Part shown: one piece after another, positions 7,422 to 17,449 of the stretch
Numbering within the stretch: the first letter of the stretch is position 1
How the letters are laid out: each line of letters opens with the position of its first letter
From: Parcubacteria group bacterium
Lineage (GTDB): Bacteria; Patescibacteriota; Minisyncoccia; Phycocordibacterales; CALRHW01
Reading direction: 5' to 3'
Assembly (NCBI GenBank): GCA_039740835.1
Contig: JBCLGW010000002.1
Span: forward strand, 1 to 48,294
DNA length: 48,294 nt
Notes under the pieces: generated by a model
The model's database searches: none
What the model was told of the DNA's origin: nothing
Seen by the model: only the letters and a program-made list of their open reading frames with translations
Position numbers and translations under genes: made by a program

Positions 7422-8704
7422 TGACAAACATTATGCATACAAGTAAACAAAATAGCTCTGGGCCTAGAAAGTCATTTTCTCGGTCTGGACAATCATTTAG
7501 CAAAGGACGGAGCTCTGGCCCGTCTCGTTTTTCCCGTGGCGGAGCAAGTGGAGGTAGTAGACACCGAGCACCATCTCGAGGACGAGGAGGTCCACGCGGT
7601 GAACGCATCGACGTTTCTAAATTTATAAACAAAACAATAATCTCTGAAGAAATAGAGGTTTTTAAGCCAGAACACAAATTTATTGATTTTAAAATTAGCG
7701 ACATACTAAAAAAGGCGATTGTTGCAAAAGGATATATTGACCCAACGCCGATTCAGGATCGTGCTATTCCGCATGTACTAAATGGTTCTGATTTAGTGGG
7801 TATTGCAAATACTGGTACTGGAAAAACCGCCGCTTTTCTTATTCCACTTATAAACAAAACACTACACAATCCGCGTGAGTCTGTGATGATTATCGTACCA
7901 ACACGCGAGCTTGCTATTCAAATTGAACAAGAGTTGAAGGGTTTTACAAAAGGTATGAAAGTTTTTTCTGTTTGTTGTGTGGGAGGTGCGCCTATTGGCC
8001 CACAAATTCGTGAACTTAAATTTCACAATAATTTTATTATCGGTACACCAGGTCGTCTAAAAGACCTTATTGACCGAAAACTCATCCGCCTTGCAGATTT
8101 TAAATCAATCGTACTCGACGAAGCCGACAGAATGCTTGATATGGGATTTGTAAATGATATGCGTTTTGTGATGGCTGGTATGCCAAAAGACAGACAAACA
8201 CTTTTCTTTTCTGCGACAATTTCACATGACATTGAAAAACTTATCGGAGAATTTTTGCGTGAGCCAGTGCGTATTTCTGTAAAAACTCGGGACACAGCTA
8301 AAAATGTAGAACAGGATATTGTGCGTGTAGATCGTGGTGGAAACAAACTAGAAATGCTTTACAAACTTTTGACACAAGAGGGTTTTAATAAGGTTCTCAT
8401 TTTTGGACGCACAAAACACGGTGTAGAAAAACTTTCTGTAATGCTTGTAGAAAAAGGTTTCAAGGCCGAGTCTATTCACGGCGACAAAAATCATTCAAAA
8501 CGACAAAAAGCTCTGAATTCTTTTAAAGCAAATGAGGTCAAGATTTTGGTAGCGACAGATGTGGCGGCGCGAGGTTTGGATATTTCTGACATTAGTCACG
8601 TTATAAACTTTGATTTGCCAGCGACATATGACGACTATGTGCACCGTATCGGCCGTACTGGACGCGGAAGTAAAAAGGGTAAAGCGCTAACATTTATCGA
8701 ATAA
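7421..8704 (+). CDS. DEAD-box ATP-dependent RNA helicase with an RG-rich N-terminal extension
   Basis: Motifs ANTGTGKTAAF, VLDEADRMLDMGF, SAT and HRIGRTGRG. The N-terminal 60 aa or so are rich in R, G and S. The real start is probably the ATG at 7433. Confidence 0.9.
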   Translation: MTNIMHTSKQNSSGPRKSFSRSGQSFSKGRSSGPSRFSRGGASGGSRHRAPSRGRGGPRGERIDVSKFINKTIISEEIEVFKPEHKFIDFKISDILKKAIVAKGYIDPTPIQDRAIPHVLNGSDLVGIANTGTGKTAAFLIPLINKTLHNPRESVMIIVPTRELAIQIEQELKGFTKGMKVFSVCCVGGAPIGPQIRELKFHNNFIIGTPGRLKDLIDRKLIRLADFKSIVLDEADRMLDMGFVNDMRFVMAGMPKDRQTLFFSATISHDIEKLIGEFLREPVRISVKTRDTAKNVEQDIVRVDRGGNKLEMLYKLLTQEGFNKVLIFGRTKHGVEKLSVMLVEKGFKAESIHGDKNHSKRQKALNSFKANEVKILVATDVAARGLDISDISHVINFDLPATYDDYVHRIGRTGRGSKKGKALTFIE

Positions 8705-8705
8705 A

Positions 8706-8873
8706 ATGACAGTCAAACACAACATGAAAATTGCGTCTACAAAGACGTTTCAGAGTGCTGGAAAGTGGATAGAAAAGCCACGTATTTCAAACATATCTAT
8801 TTGTAGTTGTGGAAATAAATATATAAAGACAAGAAAAAATCAGGAAGTTTGTGTAAGATGTTTGTATAAATAA
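8706..8873 (+). CDS. possible small zinc-ribbon protein (55 aa, below the ORF-track cutoff)
   Basis: The ATG lies 2 nt after the helicase stop. The sequence MTVKHNMKIASTKTFQSAGKWIEKPRISNISICSCGNKYIKTRKNQEVCVRCLYK carries a CxC...CxxC pair. Confidence 0.35.
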   Translation: MTVKHNMKIASTKTFQSAGKWIEKPRISNISICSCGNKYIKTRKNQEVCVRCLYK

Positions 8874-8898
8874 ATTTAAAAGAATAAAGGGCTAGTGT

Positions 8899-9495
8899 AT
8901 GTCAGAGGAGAAAAAATCTAAAAAACTTGGCGAGTTTGAGTTTAAGTCAAAAACGCTTTCGTATGATGCCAACAAACCTCGCAATCGCGCGGACTATTTA
9001 AAATGGCTTACTGATGATGAGGTAAAAAAATATTTGGCACAGCGCAAACTAAACTACGGCATACTAATTGTAAATATGCTTTATGACAATAATGCTGGCA
9101 ATATCGTGCGCTCTGCCAACGCTTTTGGCGCAAATGAAATTATTTTATACGGACACAAATCTTTTGACCGTCGCGCTAGTGTCGGTGCAGAGTTTTACGA
9201 ACATTTTAGACATATAAAATTTGTAGAAGATTTGGAAGAAGTTTTTGCTCTATACGATATTGTTGTCGCAGTGGAAAACAACACAGACTCTGTAGCGCTC
9301 ACAGATTTTGCGTGGGATAAAAAGAAAAAAACTTTGATAATTTTTGGCCAAGAGAGTGGGGGAATTCCTAAAGAGATTTTGGAAAAGTGTAATCACGTCG
9401 TGCATATAAATCAGCTCGGTAGTGTGCGTTCATTAAACGTGGCTGTTGCCGCCGGTATTGTGATGAATGACTATTGCACAAAAACTCAAAATTAA
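8899..9495 (+). CDS. SpoU/TrmH-family RNA 2'-O-methyltransferase
   Basis: NAGNIVRSANAFGA, IIFGQESGGIPKEIL and GSVRSLNVAVAAGIVM, matching SPOUT motifs 1-3. Confidence 0.85.
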   Translation: MSEEKKSKKLGEFEFKSKTLSYDANKPRNRADYLKWLTDDEVKKYLAQRKLNYGILIVNMLYDNNAGNIVRSANAFGANEIILYGHKSFDRRASVGAEFYEHFRHIKFVEDLEEVFALYDIVVAVENNTDSVALTDFAWDKKKKTLIIFGQESGGIPKEILEKCNHVVHINQLGSVRSLNVAVAAGIVMNDYCTKTQN

Positions 9496-9747
9496 GTAAA
9501 ATATAAAAACTGTACTACTTCATGGTGTTTAAAACACATCATGATTGCACCTAAAACTTGTCTGGAGCTTGAAAACGGCAATTCTTTTTCTGCTGTTGAA
9601 ATCGTTCGCTCAGGTGATGATTTTCTTATAAAAACCAGTGCAACATATAAAAAAGCCAACACAAAAATAGAGGCAAAAGTAGATAGCACAACCCAAAAAG
9701 TTAATTCACAGCGACAGTTTTGAAAGATACTGGTACAATATTATTGT

Positions 9748-10989
9748 ATGGAAAAAAAGAAAATAGTAATACTGGGCGCCGGCTTTGCTGGCATCAACAC
9801 TTATGTTTCGCTTGTAAAGAAATTACAAAAAAATGAGGCGGATATTTTGTTTATAAATAAAACAAACTATTTTCTTTTTACCCCAATGCTTCATGAGCTT
9901 GCTACCGGAGGACTTGGTGATCATGAAGTAGTAGAGTCTGTGCGTCAAATAATCCACGGCACTTGTGCCGACATACTCGTCACACAAGTGGGTGAAATTG
10001 ATTTTGAAAAAAAGACAGTACAGGTGACGGGTGGACGAGTGTCATACGACTATCTCGTTATTGCACTCGGTGCAACAACCAACTTTTGTGATATTCCGGG
10101 CGTAGAACAAAATTCTTTTGTTTTGAAAGATTTGGCAGACGCCATCAGACTACGCAATAATTTTATATCCACTTTTGAAAAAGCTTCACATATAGCAGAT
10201 CAAGAGAAACGTAAAAAAATGCTTTCTTTTGTTGTGGTGGGTGCTGGTGCGACAGGTGTGGAGCTTGTCACTGAAATGGCTGATTTATTTTTCGAAACTT
10301 TTAGGAAATATTACAGAGGTCACATAAGCCCAGGTGATATTTCGATTATTCTTATAAACAAAGGACCAGATGTACTCACTGGTTTTGACAGATCAATGCA
10401 ACAGCGTGCTCTACGCGTGATAATAGAAAAAGGTATTACTGTAATGTTGAACAAAGACGTATCTAGTATTACAAAATCAGCTGTACTTTTTACAGACGGT
10501 TCATTTTTAGACGCTTCTTGTGTTATTTGGACAGCGGGAGTAAAACCACATTCAATATCATTTTTACAACCAGTTGAACTCGATAGATCTGGTAGAATAG
10601 TCGTCGATGAATATTTACGAGTGAGAAACGCTGAGCATGTTTTTGCTCTTGGAGATGCCGCTTCTTTTATGGGAGCAGATGGACGGCCTCTACCAATGTT
10701 GGCTCAGGTAGCAACACAGCAGGGTCCTATCGCGGGTCATAACATAGTAGCTCATATACGCAAAATGCCTTTCAAGAGATTTGAGTATCATTCTAAAGGC
10801 AGTCTCGTGTCTCTCGGTCAGTGGCAAGGCGTAGGGAAAATCGGAGGTATTTTGTGGACGGGACCAATAAGCTGGCTTATTTGGCGCATAGTTTATTTGT
10901 TCAATTTTGCGTCTGTACCAAAGCGGTTAAAGATTGCAATAAGTTGGATTATAAATATGTTTTATCCACGCGATATTACAAAACCGTAA
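9748..10989 (+). CDS. ndh: type II NADH dehydrogenase (NDH-2) / FAD-dependent pyridine nucleotide-disulfide oxidoreductase
   Basis: Two dinucleotide folds, IVILGAGFAGI and VVVGAGATGVE, plus FALGDAA and a C-terminal amphipathic or membrane segment. Confidence 0.8.
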   Translation: MEKKKIVILGAGFAGINTYVSLVKKLQKNEADILFINKTNYFLFTPMLHELATGGLGDHEVVESVRQIIHGTCADILVTQVGEIDFEKKTVQVTGGRVSYDYLVIALGATTNFCDIPGVEQNSFVLKDLADAIRLRNNFISTFEKASHIADQEKRKKMLSFVVVGAGATGVELVTEMADLFFETFRKYYRGHISPGDISIILINKGPDVLTGFDRSMQQRALRVIIEKGITVMLNKDVSSITKSAVLFTDGSFLDASCVIWTAGVKPHSISFLQPVELDRSGRIVVDEYLRVRNAEHVFALGDAASFMGADGRPLPMLAQVATQQGPIAGHNIVAHIRKMPFKRFEYHSKGSLVSLGQWQGVGKIGGILWTGPISWLIWRIVYLFNFASVPKRLKIAISWIINMFYPRDITKP

Positions 10990-10997
10990 CATTGTAT

Positions 10998-11122
10998 GAA
11001 AAACAAAAATATAGCAAAACAGCATTAAACTGTGCACGTAAATTTCTGCTGAAATTTCGTTATGCTCGCGCCGAGCGCTCCGCAACACAGTTTAATGCTG
11101 TTTTGCTATATTTTTGTTTTTC
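10998..11122. terminator. perfect 37-bp inverted repeat with a 51-nt spacer; probable bidirectional terminator
   Basis: 10998-11034 (GAAAAACAAAAATATAGCAAAACAGCATTAAACTGTG) is the exact reverse complement of 11086-11122. It lies between convergent stop codons at 10989 and 11123. On either strand the distal arm ends in TTTTTGTTTTTC. Confidence 0.6.
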
Positions 11123-11569
11123 TTAACCGTGTTTGTTTTTTAGTGGGTGCATATGTGCGGCGAGTCCAAAGGCCAAAGCTATTATCACTACATTTTTTAT
11201 TATGTACTGACCCTCAAGTGTCGGCACAAATGGTGCTACCCACGTAATCGTCGGTAAAAGAATAAGAGGCATTACAGTAGTGATCATGTGAGGAATAAGC
11301 AAAAATATTGCGGTGCGCTCGTGTGATGGAATGAGGAAAAGTATTCCAATTATCATTTCATATACTCCCAAAACAATAATAAAATTTTGAAATGAAATAA
11401 ACGGCATCGTGTTTGACAAAAGCTCGGCAACAAGTGGGTTTGCTGGGCTACTGTCAAAAATTTTTAATATTCCAAACCAGAAAAATATTGTGAACATTGA
11501 AAACCGCCCAACAACGTACTGATACTTTCTCAAAAAATGAATTAGTACTGTATCAAATGTATTTATCAT
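11123..11569 (-). CDS. small polytopic membrane protein (about 4 TM)
   Basis: 148-aa hydrophobic ORF. It has the general look of a DoxX/DUF417-type protein, but the family was not verified. Confidence 0.6.
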   Translation of the reverse strand: MINTFDTVLIHFLRKYQYVVGRFSMFTIFFWFGILKIFDSSPANPLVAELLSNTMPFISFQNFIIVLGVYEMIIGILFLIPSHERTAIFLLIPHMITTVMPLILLPTITWVAPFVPTLEGQYIIKNVVIIALAFGLAAHMHPLKNKHG

Positions 11570-11656
11570 GAAAACATTATACCACCTTTAAAAAATTTAG
11601 CTGTGCACAGGTCACAGTTTTTCGTATATAATATGGATTGTTCATAAATTTAAACT

Positions 11657-12409
11657 ATGACTGCGAAAAAAATATGGATAAGTATCCTCTTTCTACTCGT
11701 ACTGATTTTTGCGACTACTGGAGGATATAGATTTTGGAAACAAAACAAAATTTCTCAAGATACGGCTCAGCAGAAGGCGGTAGTAATAACCAACTTTTTT
11801 GTTGAAAAGCCGGATTTTGTAGTTACTGGTAGAAATCTTTCGGCTGTGGAAATATGGGCTATTCCTGTGAGCGAGGACACAAAAGAAGAAAATGATTTAT
11901 TTATAGGAAAAGCAACACTCCGCACTAGCGTCAGTGCTGATGAAAAGTGGGCACTCTCAATACCAAGTCAGCCAATTTCTGTTATTAAAATATATGCAAA
12001 AGGATTTGATGGGGGCGGTAAAGAAGTCGCTCGCGCAACACTTGCGTTTGTGGGGGAGTCGGATATTTATTTAAATGTTTGGGGTCCTGTGACTGAGAAT
12101 ATTGTCGGTCTTGCTATCGGAGAACAACTCGTCTTTGGAGATTTGGAAATGACTTTTACAAAAATAGTGCAAGATAGTCGGTGTCCAAAAGACGCAGTGT
12201 GTGTGACAGCGGGAGATGTGACTGTTGAAGTAAGTGTTGTGACTCCTCGCAAAACTCAAAAATTACAAATTCAAAACTCAAAAAACCCAGTTTTGTTTGA
12301 CGGATATTTTATAGAAGTAAATAATGTAGAGCCAATAAAAACTTCGGAAGAAATATCTAAAGATAAATACAGAGTGACTTTTATAGTATCTCGTGACGCA
12401 AAGTTGTAG
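11657..12409 (+). CDS. hypothetical membrane-anchored or secreted protein
   Basis: 250-aa ORF with the N-terminal helix IWISILFLLVLIFATTGGY. No recognised motif. Confidence 0.6.
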   Translation: MTAKKIWISILFLLVLIFATTGGYRFWKQNKISQDTAQQKAVVITNFFVEKPDFVVTGRNLSAVEIWAIPVSEDTKEENDLFIGKATLRTSVSADEKWALSIPSQPISVIKIYAKGFDGGGKEVARATLAFVGESDIYLNVWGPVTENIVGLAIGEQLVFGDLEMTFTKIVQDSRCPKDAVCVTAGDVTVEVSVVTPRKTQKLQIQNSKNPVLFDGYFIEVNNVEPIKTSEEISKDKYRVTFIVSRDAKL

Positions 12410-12416
12410 TTTGTGT

Positions 12417-12758
12417 TTATATTCTTTCTATTGCGTCTATTTTAGAAGCGAGGATAAAATCATTTTCAGAAAGTCCACCGATGGAGTGTGTGGAAAGTTT
12501 AAATGTTACCTTATTCCAGCTGTGTATAGAAATGTCCGGATGATGCCCCTCATTTTCGGCAATTTCTGCTACTTTATTTACAAAATCCACCGCCCGTTTA
12601 AAATCTTTAAATTGTAAAGTTTTTTCCAAAAAAATATCCTCGACCATACTCCACTGGTCTAGCTCTTCTTTTAAATGTTTTGCTTCGATGCTAGAGAGTG
12701 CACCGTCTTTTTCTTCGCACGGTTTACATTTTTTGTCAGACAATTTTTCTTCATTCAT
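12417..12758 (-). CDS. pterin-4-alpha-carbinolamine dehydratase (PCD/DCoH family)
   Basis: The family-typical core is EGHHPDISIHSWNKVTFKLSTHSIGGLSENDF. The size of 113 aa fits. Confidence 0.8.
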   Translation of the reverse strand: MNEEKLSDKKCKPCEEKDGALSSIEAKHLKEELDQWSMVEDIFLEKTLQFKDFKRAVDFVNKVAEIAENEGHHPDISIHSWNKVTFKLSTHSIGGLSENDFILASKIDAIERI

Positions 12759-12759
12759 A

Positions 12760-13455
12760 TTATTCGTTGTTTCTTATCGGCGCATTTTTAATAATCTCTA
12801 TTATTTCATTGTCATCGTCCGTGATTGTGTATAGATTTAAATCTGATTTATCTATAGTATCAATATCTAAAAGATATTTGTATATAAAATCTTCTAGCCC
12901 CTTCCAGTATTCTGAACCAACTAAAATCAGGGGCACCTTTTCAATTTTTTTAGTTTGAACGAGCGTAAGAATTTCAAAAAATTCATCCAGAGTACCAAAA
13001 CCTCCGGGGAAAAATATGTATGCTTCGGCAGAAAAAGAAAGACAAACTTTTCTAATGAAAAAGTAGTATAAGTCTAAATGTTTTGTGAGATATGGATTTG
13101 TTTTTTGCGCGTGGGGGATTTTTATTGTTATTCCCAGAGATGTACCGCCCTGCTCAAATGCACCACGGTTTGCCGCTTCCATTATTCCCGGACCTCCGCC
13201 TGTAAGCACACCATAACCAAGCTCTTTTGATATCTTACCAGCCAAGTCGCGAGCCCTTTCATAATAAGGATGTCCTTCTTTAAATCTAGCAGAACCAAAA
13301 ACAGTTACAGATTTTTCATAAGAAGCCAAAAATTCAAAGCCGTCAGTGAATTCTTTTTCTATGCGCGACACTCTTTCGACAGACGCCTTGCGTAGGTCTT
13401 TTAAAGTAATCGGACGGGAAGGTATTTTTGCAGAACTATCAATGTTTTCTTTCAT
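12760..13455 (-). CDS. LOG-family (TIGR00730-type) nucleotide phosphoribohydrolase
   Basis: GGGPGIMEA and PGGFGTLDE motifs. Confidence 0.85.
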   Translation of the reverse strand: MKENIDSSAKIPSRPITLKDLRKASVERVSRIEKEFTDGFEFLASYEKSVTVFGSARFKEGHPYYERARDLAGKISKELGYGVLTGGGPGIMEAANRGAFEQGGTSLGITIKIPHAQKTNPYLTKHLDLYYFFIRKVCLSFSAEAYIFFPGGFGTLDEFFEILTLVQTKKIEKVPLILVGSEYWKGLEDFIYKYLLDIDTIDKSDLNLYTITDDDNEIIEIIKNAPIRNNE

Positions 13456-13512
13456 GTTTACATGTACTAAGCTACATACTATAATAATTGTATTAGTAAT
13501 TATTATATCACA

Positions 13513-14055
13513 ATGAACAAACTTTCTAAAAATCAGTGGATAGCTACAGGTCTCGCACTCATCATCGTCGTTTGGTTTTTTTCGTCGAGCGACTTGATGA
13601 CAGCGATGTTTAATAAAACAGATAACAGTGCACCGGCGCTAAATAATATAAAAATGACGCAAGATGAAACAGTGAATTCAGGTCCAACTTCAGGAATTAA
13701 TATTGTAGACACGGTGGTAGGTACTGGTGCAGAAGCAGTTGCAGGAAAAACAGTTACAACTCATTACAAAGGAATGTTTCAGGATGGTAGGGTTTTTGAT
13801 ACATCAATAGGACGAGCGCCATTTTCTTTCCCTCTCGGTGCTGGTATTGTGATTCAGGGTTGGGACAAGGGTATTGCTGGAATGAAAGTTGGTGGAAAGC
13901 GAACACTTACAATTTCTTCTGATTTTGCTTATGGTCCAGCTGATATAAAAGATAACGCAGGAAATGTTGTTATCCCTGGTGGGTCAACACTTATATTTGA
14001 AGTTGAGCTTTTTGATGTAAAGGATGTAGTTTTGGATGTAAAGGATGTAGAGTAG
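13513..14055 (+). CDS. FKBP-type peptidyl-prolyl cis-trans isomerase, membrane-anchored
   Basis: HYKGMFQDGRVFDTS...FPLGAGIVIQGWDKGIAGMKVGGKR...LIFEVELFDV, with one N-terminal TM helix. Confidence 0.88.
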   Translation: MNKLSKNQWIATGLALIIVVWFFSSSDLMTAMFNKTDNSAPALNNIKMTQDETVNSGPTSGINIVDTVVGTGAEAVAGKTVTTHYKGMFQDGRVFDTSIGRAPFSFPLGAGIVIQGWDKGIAGMKVGGKRTLTISSDFAYGPADIKDNAGNVVIPGGSTLIFEVELFDVKDVVLDVKDVE

Positions 14056-14103
14056 GTTTTTTGTTTTCCCGCACATACGGAAAAGGTTGTCATTGTCTTT
14101 TAA

Positions 14104-15330
14104 ATGTGGCATTATGTCGGGATGTCTGGACCTATAAAATTTACTATAGAAAACAAGTTGGAAGGCAAGCTTGGGCGAGCCGGCTTGCTAGAAACTCCTC
14201 ACGGTACAATAGAGACGCCGTCTTTTGTCGCGGTAGGTACAAAGGCGACTGTAAAAGCTATCACGCCGGAAATGCTTTCTTCTCTCGGCGCGCAAGTAAT
14301 GATTGCAAATACATACCATCTTTTTTTACAGCCCGGAGATGAGATTGTGAAAAAGGCCGGAGGACTCCATGATTTTATGAATTGGCACGGGCCGATGATG
14401 ACAGACTCGGGTGGTTTTCAAGTTTTCTCTCTTGGCTCTGCTTATGGAAAAGGAATTAGTAAGGTCACAAAAGAAATAGACCCACAGCTCTTACTCAATG
14501 AAGCGCCAGAAGATCCAGACAAGCCAAAGATAGTAAGTATTGACCCAGATGGCGTAACATTCAAATCGCATCTCGACGGCACTTCATATTATTTAACACC
14601 AGAAAAATCTATAGAAATTCAACACAATCTCGGCGCAGATATTATTTTTGCTTTTGATGAATGTACATCTCCACTTGAGCCAGACCATTATCAGCGTGAG
14701 GCGCTAGACCGTACACATCGTTGGGCAAAAAGAAGTCTAGACTACCATCGCTCAAAAGAAAACAGCAAACATCAGGCACTTTTTGGTATTGTGCACGGCG
14801 GTCGCAGTGAAAAACTTCGCAAAGAAAGTGCGGAGGCAATAAAAGCTCTAGATTTTGACGGCTTTGGCATCGGTGGGTCTTTTTCAAAAGTAGATATGAC
14901 TACTGCTGTGCAATGGGTAAATGAAATATTGCCAGAGGATAAGCCAAGACATCTACTAGGTATCGGTGAGCCAGAAGATTTATTTATGGGAGTTGAAAAT
15001 GGAGTGGATCTTTTTGATTGTGTTGCGCCGACCAGAATGGCTCGCAACGGCACTATTTACACAAAGACCGGAAAAATAAATATGATGAACGCGCAGTACG
15101 TAGATGATTTTACGCCAATAGAAAAAGATTGCCCTTGTTATACTTGTAAAAATTATAAGAGAGCGTATCTATCACATTTGTTTCGCGCAAAAGAAATGTT
15201 GGCGGGCACTCTTGCGACAATTCACAACTTATATTTTATAATCAATCTTGTGCATAGTATGCGCATTGCTATTATTGACGGCACTTTTGATGATTTCAAA
15301 AAAGCATTTCTCGCGCGCTATACAGCTTAA
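14104..15330 (+). CDS. tgt: tRNA-guanine transglycosylase (queuine tRNA-ribosyltransferase)
   Basis: TPSFVAVGTKATVK, DSGGFQ and the zinc site CPCYTCKNY...H. An ATG at 14122 is an alternative start. Confidence 0.9.
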   Translation: MWHYVGMSGPIKFTIENKLEGKLGRAGLLETPHGTIETPSFVAVGTKATVKAITPEMLSSLGAQVMIANTYHLFLQPGDEIVKKAGGLHDFMNWHGPMMTDSGGFQVFSLGSAYGKGISKVTKEIDPQLLLNEAPEDPDKPKIVSIDPDGVTFKSHLDGTSYYLTPEKSIEIQHNLGADIIFAFDECTSPLEPDHYQREALDRTHRWAKRSLDYHRSKENSKHQALFGIVHGGRSEKLRKESAEAIKALDFDGFGIGGSFSKVDMTTAVQWVNEILPEDKPRHLLGIGEPEDLFMGVENGVDLFDCVAPTRMARNGTIYTKTGKINMMNAQYVDDFTPIEKDCPCYTCKNYKRAYLSHLFRAKEMLAGTLATIHNLYFIINLVHSMRIAIIDGTFDDFKKAFLARYTA

Positions 15331-15336
15331 TTTTAA

Positions 15337-17403
15337 ATGACAAAACAACTTTTCAAACTAAGTAGCGAGTTTAAGCCCGCGGGTGACCAGCCGAAAGCTA
15401 TTAGCGCCCTTGTAAAGGGTCTAAAAAAAGGTATGCAACATCAGACTCTTTTTGGTGTGACTGGTTCTGGAAAAACTTTTACAATGGCAAATGTTATAGA
15501 GCAGATAAACAAACCCACGCTCGTCATCGCTCACAACAAAACTCTCGCCGCTCAGCTCGCTCAGGAATACAGAGAATTTTTTCCAGAAAATGCAGTGCAC
15601 TATTTTGTTTCGTATTACGATTACTATCAGCCAGAAGCTTATATGCCAGCGTCTGATACTTATATTGAAAAAGAGGCACAGATAAATGAAGAAATAGACA
15701 GACTTCGTCATGCTTCGACACAAGCATTGCTTACGCGTAAAGATGTGATTATAGTGGCGTCGGTGTCTTGTATTTACAATCTCGGTAGTCCCGTGGAATA
15801 CGAAAAAGTAAATATGAAGGTTTCAAAGGGCGCTCCAATATCGCGCGCAGATTTTATCCGAAAACTTATTGCAATACATTTTGAGCGTACTATCGCAGAC
15901 CTTTCTCCAGGGCAGTTTCGAGCACTCGGCAACTCGGTAGAAATAATGCCAGTATCAGAAAAAGTTATTTATAAAATTGAAATTGACGGTGGTGTCATAG
16001 CATCTATTCAGAAAATCGACGCTATGACGCGACGCATCATAGCAGATATAGAAAACTTTTTCCTTTTTCCAGCAAAACATTTTATTACCGAAGGTCCACA
16101 AATCTCACGCGCATTTAAAGCGATAAAAAAAGAGCTCGATGCTCGGCTCAAAGAACTCACTCTGGGAGGTCATTTGCTCGAAGCAGAAAGATTAAAACGA
16201 CGCACATCATATGACCTCGCTCTTATTCGTGAGATTGGATACTGCAATGGTATAGAAAATTATTCCCGACATTTTGCCGGAAAATCAGAGGGTGACCCGC
16301 CAGAAACATTACTTTCATATTTCCCGCACAATGCAGATGGCACACCAGATTTTTTGACGATTGTGGACGAGTCGCATGTGACCATTCCGCAAATAGGTGG
16401 AATGTATGCTGGCGACAAATCTAGAAAAGAAACTCTTGTGGAGCACGGTTTTCGTTTGCCATCAGCAAAAGACAATCGACCCCTTATGTTCAAAGAATTT
16501 GAAGAGCGCACTGGACAGGTTGTTTATACATCCGCAACTCCAAGCGTTTACGAAAAAGAACACAGTCAGCAGGTGGTAGAGCAAGTTATTCGTCCGACGG
16601 GTCTTATTGACCCAGTACTTTTAGTGCGACCAGTTGTAGAAAAAAAGGGTTACAAGGGGCAAATTTTTGATTTTATTATAGAAGCTGAAAAGGTGATAAA
16701 AAAAGGTCAGCGCGCTATTGCTACAACTTTGACCAAAAAAATGGCGGAGGATTTGAGCGAATATTTAAAAGAAAAGGGAATCAAGGCGACTTATTTGCAT
16801 AGCGATATAAAAACCCTTGAAAGAATTGAAATTTTAACTAATTTTAGAAAAGGAGTTTTTGATGTTTTGGTTGGCGTAAACTTGCTTCGCGAAGGACTAG
16901 ATTTACCTGAGGTTTCTTTTATTGGAATTTTAGACGCAGACAAAGAGGGTTTTTTACGTTCTCAAACATCACTCATTCAGATTATCGGTCGCGCTGCACG
17001 CAATGTGGATGGCGTGGTGATTCTTTATGCAGACAGACCCACAAAAGCCATAGATTTTGCTATTAGCGAGACCACTCGTCGTCGCACAATACAGTCTGCA
17101 TACAACAAAAAACACGGCATCACTCCAAAAACAATTATTAAAAAAATTCAGGACATTACAGATCAGCTTCGTAGCGAACATGAAAAGACTGTAGCGACAC
17201 TTCTGGCGCTAGATAAAAAATCTTTTGATAAAGATCCCCAAAAATTGATAAGACAAAAAGAGCGACAGATGGAGGGCGCAGTAAAAATCCTTGATTTTGA
17301 AACAGCCGCGATTTTGCGTGATGAAATCCGCGAACTCGAGACGCGTCTGGAAAAACAAAATATAGAAAAGTCTACGCCAGACCCCTTATCCACAAAAAAA
17401 TAA
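15337..17403 (+). CDS. uvrB: excinuclease ABC subunit B
   Basis: GVTGSGKTF, DESHVT and YYDYYQPEAY. The helicase C-terminal motifs and the C-terminal UVR motif (FETAAILRDEIRELE) are present. Confidence 0.95.
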   Translation: MTKQLFKLSSEFKPAGDQPKAISALVKGLKKGMQHQTLFGVTGSGKTFTMANVIEQINKPTLVIAHNKTLAAQLAQEYREFFPENAVHYFVSYYDYYQPEAYMPASDTYIEKEAQINEEIDRLRHASTQALLTRKDVIIVASVSCIYNLGSPVEYEKVNMKVSKGAPISRADFIRKLIAIHFERTIADLSPGQFRALGNSVEIMPVSEKVIYKIEIDGGVIASIQKIDAMTRRIIADIENFFLFPAKHFITEGPQISRAFKAIKKELDARLKELTLGGHLLEAERLKRRTSYDLALIREIGYCNGIENYSRHFAGKSEGDPPETLLSYFPHNADGTPDFLTIVDESHVTIPQIGGMYAGDKSRKETLVEHGFRLPSAKDNRPLMFKEFEERTGQVVYTSATPSVYEKEHSQQVVEQVIRPTGLIDPVLLVRPVVEKKGYKGQIFDFIIEAEKVIKKGQRAIATTLTKKMAEDLSEYLKEKGIKATYLHSDIKTLERIEILTNFRKGVFDVLVGVNLLREGLDLPEVSFIGILDADKEGFLRSQTSLIQIIGRAARNVDGVVILYADRPTKAIDFAISETTRRRTIQSAYNKKHGITPKTIIKKIQDITDQLRSEHEKTVATLLALDKKSFDKDPQKLIRQKERQMEGAVKILDFETAAILRDEIRELETRLEKQNIEKSTPDPLSTKK

Positions 17404-17449
17404 TTTTCTGTAATTTTAAATTGTGTTACACTTGATGGCATAGTATTTT

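Noticed and set aside
7381-7704. 107-aa minus-strand ORF and the nested 7493-7675 ORF
   Set aside because: They are antisense to the RG-rich coding region of the helicase, whose GC-rich codons keep the opposite strand open.
9492-9723. Two overlapping small ORFs (65 aa on minus, 60 aa on plus) in the 250-nt trmH-ndh gap
   Set aside because: Neither has an RBS or a convincing promoter, and they exclude each other. The minus-strand one has a hydrophobic N-terminus and could be real, but I cannot support it. The gap may instead hold regulatory sequence for ndh.
10821-11247. ORFs 10821-11126 and 11062-11247 on the plus strand
   Set aside because: They read through the end of ndh out of frame, through the 37-bp inverted repeat, and antisense into the next gene. 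They have no signals.
14061-14342. 93-aa ORF overlapping the start of tgt
   Set aside because: It is out of frame with the strongly supported tgt gene and has an Arg/Cys-rich, nonsense-like composition.
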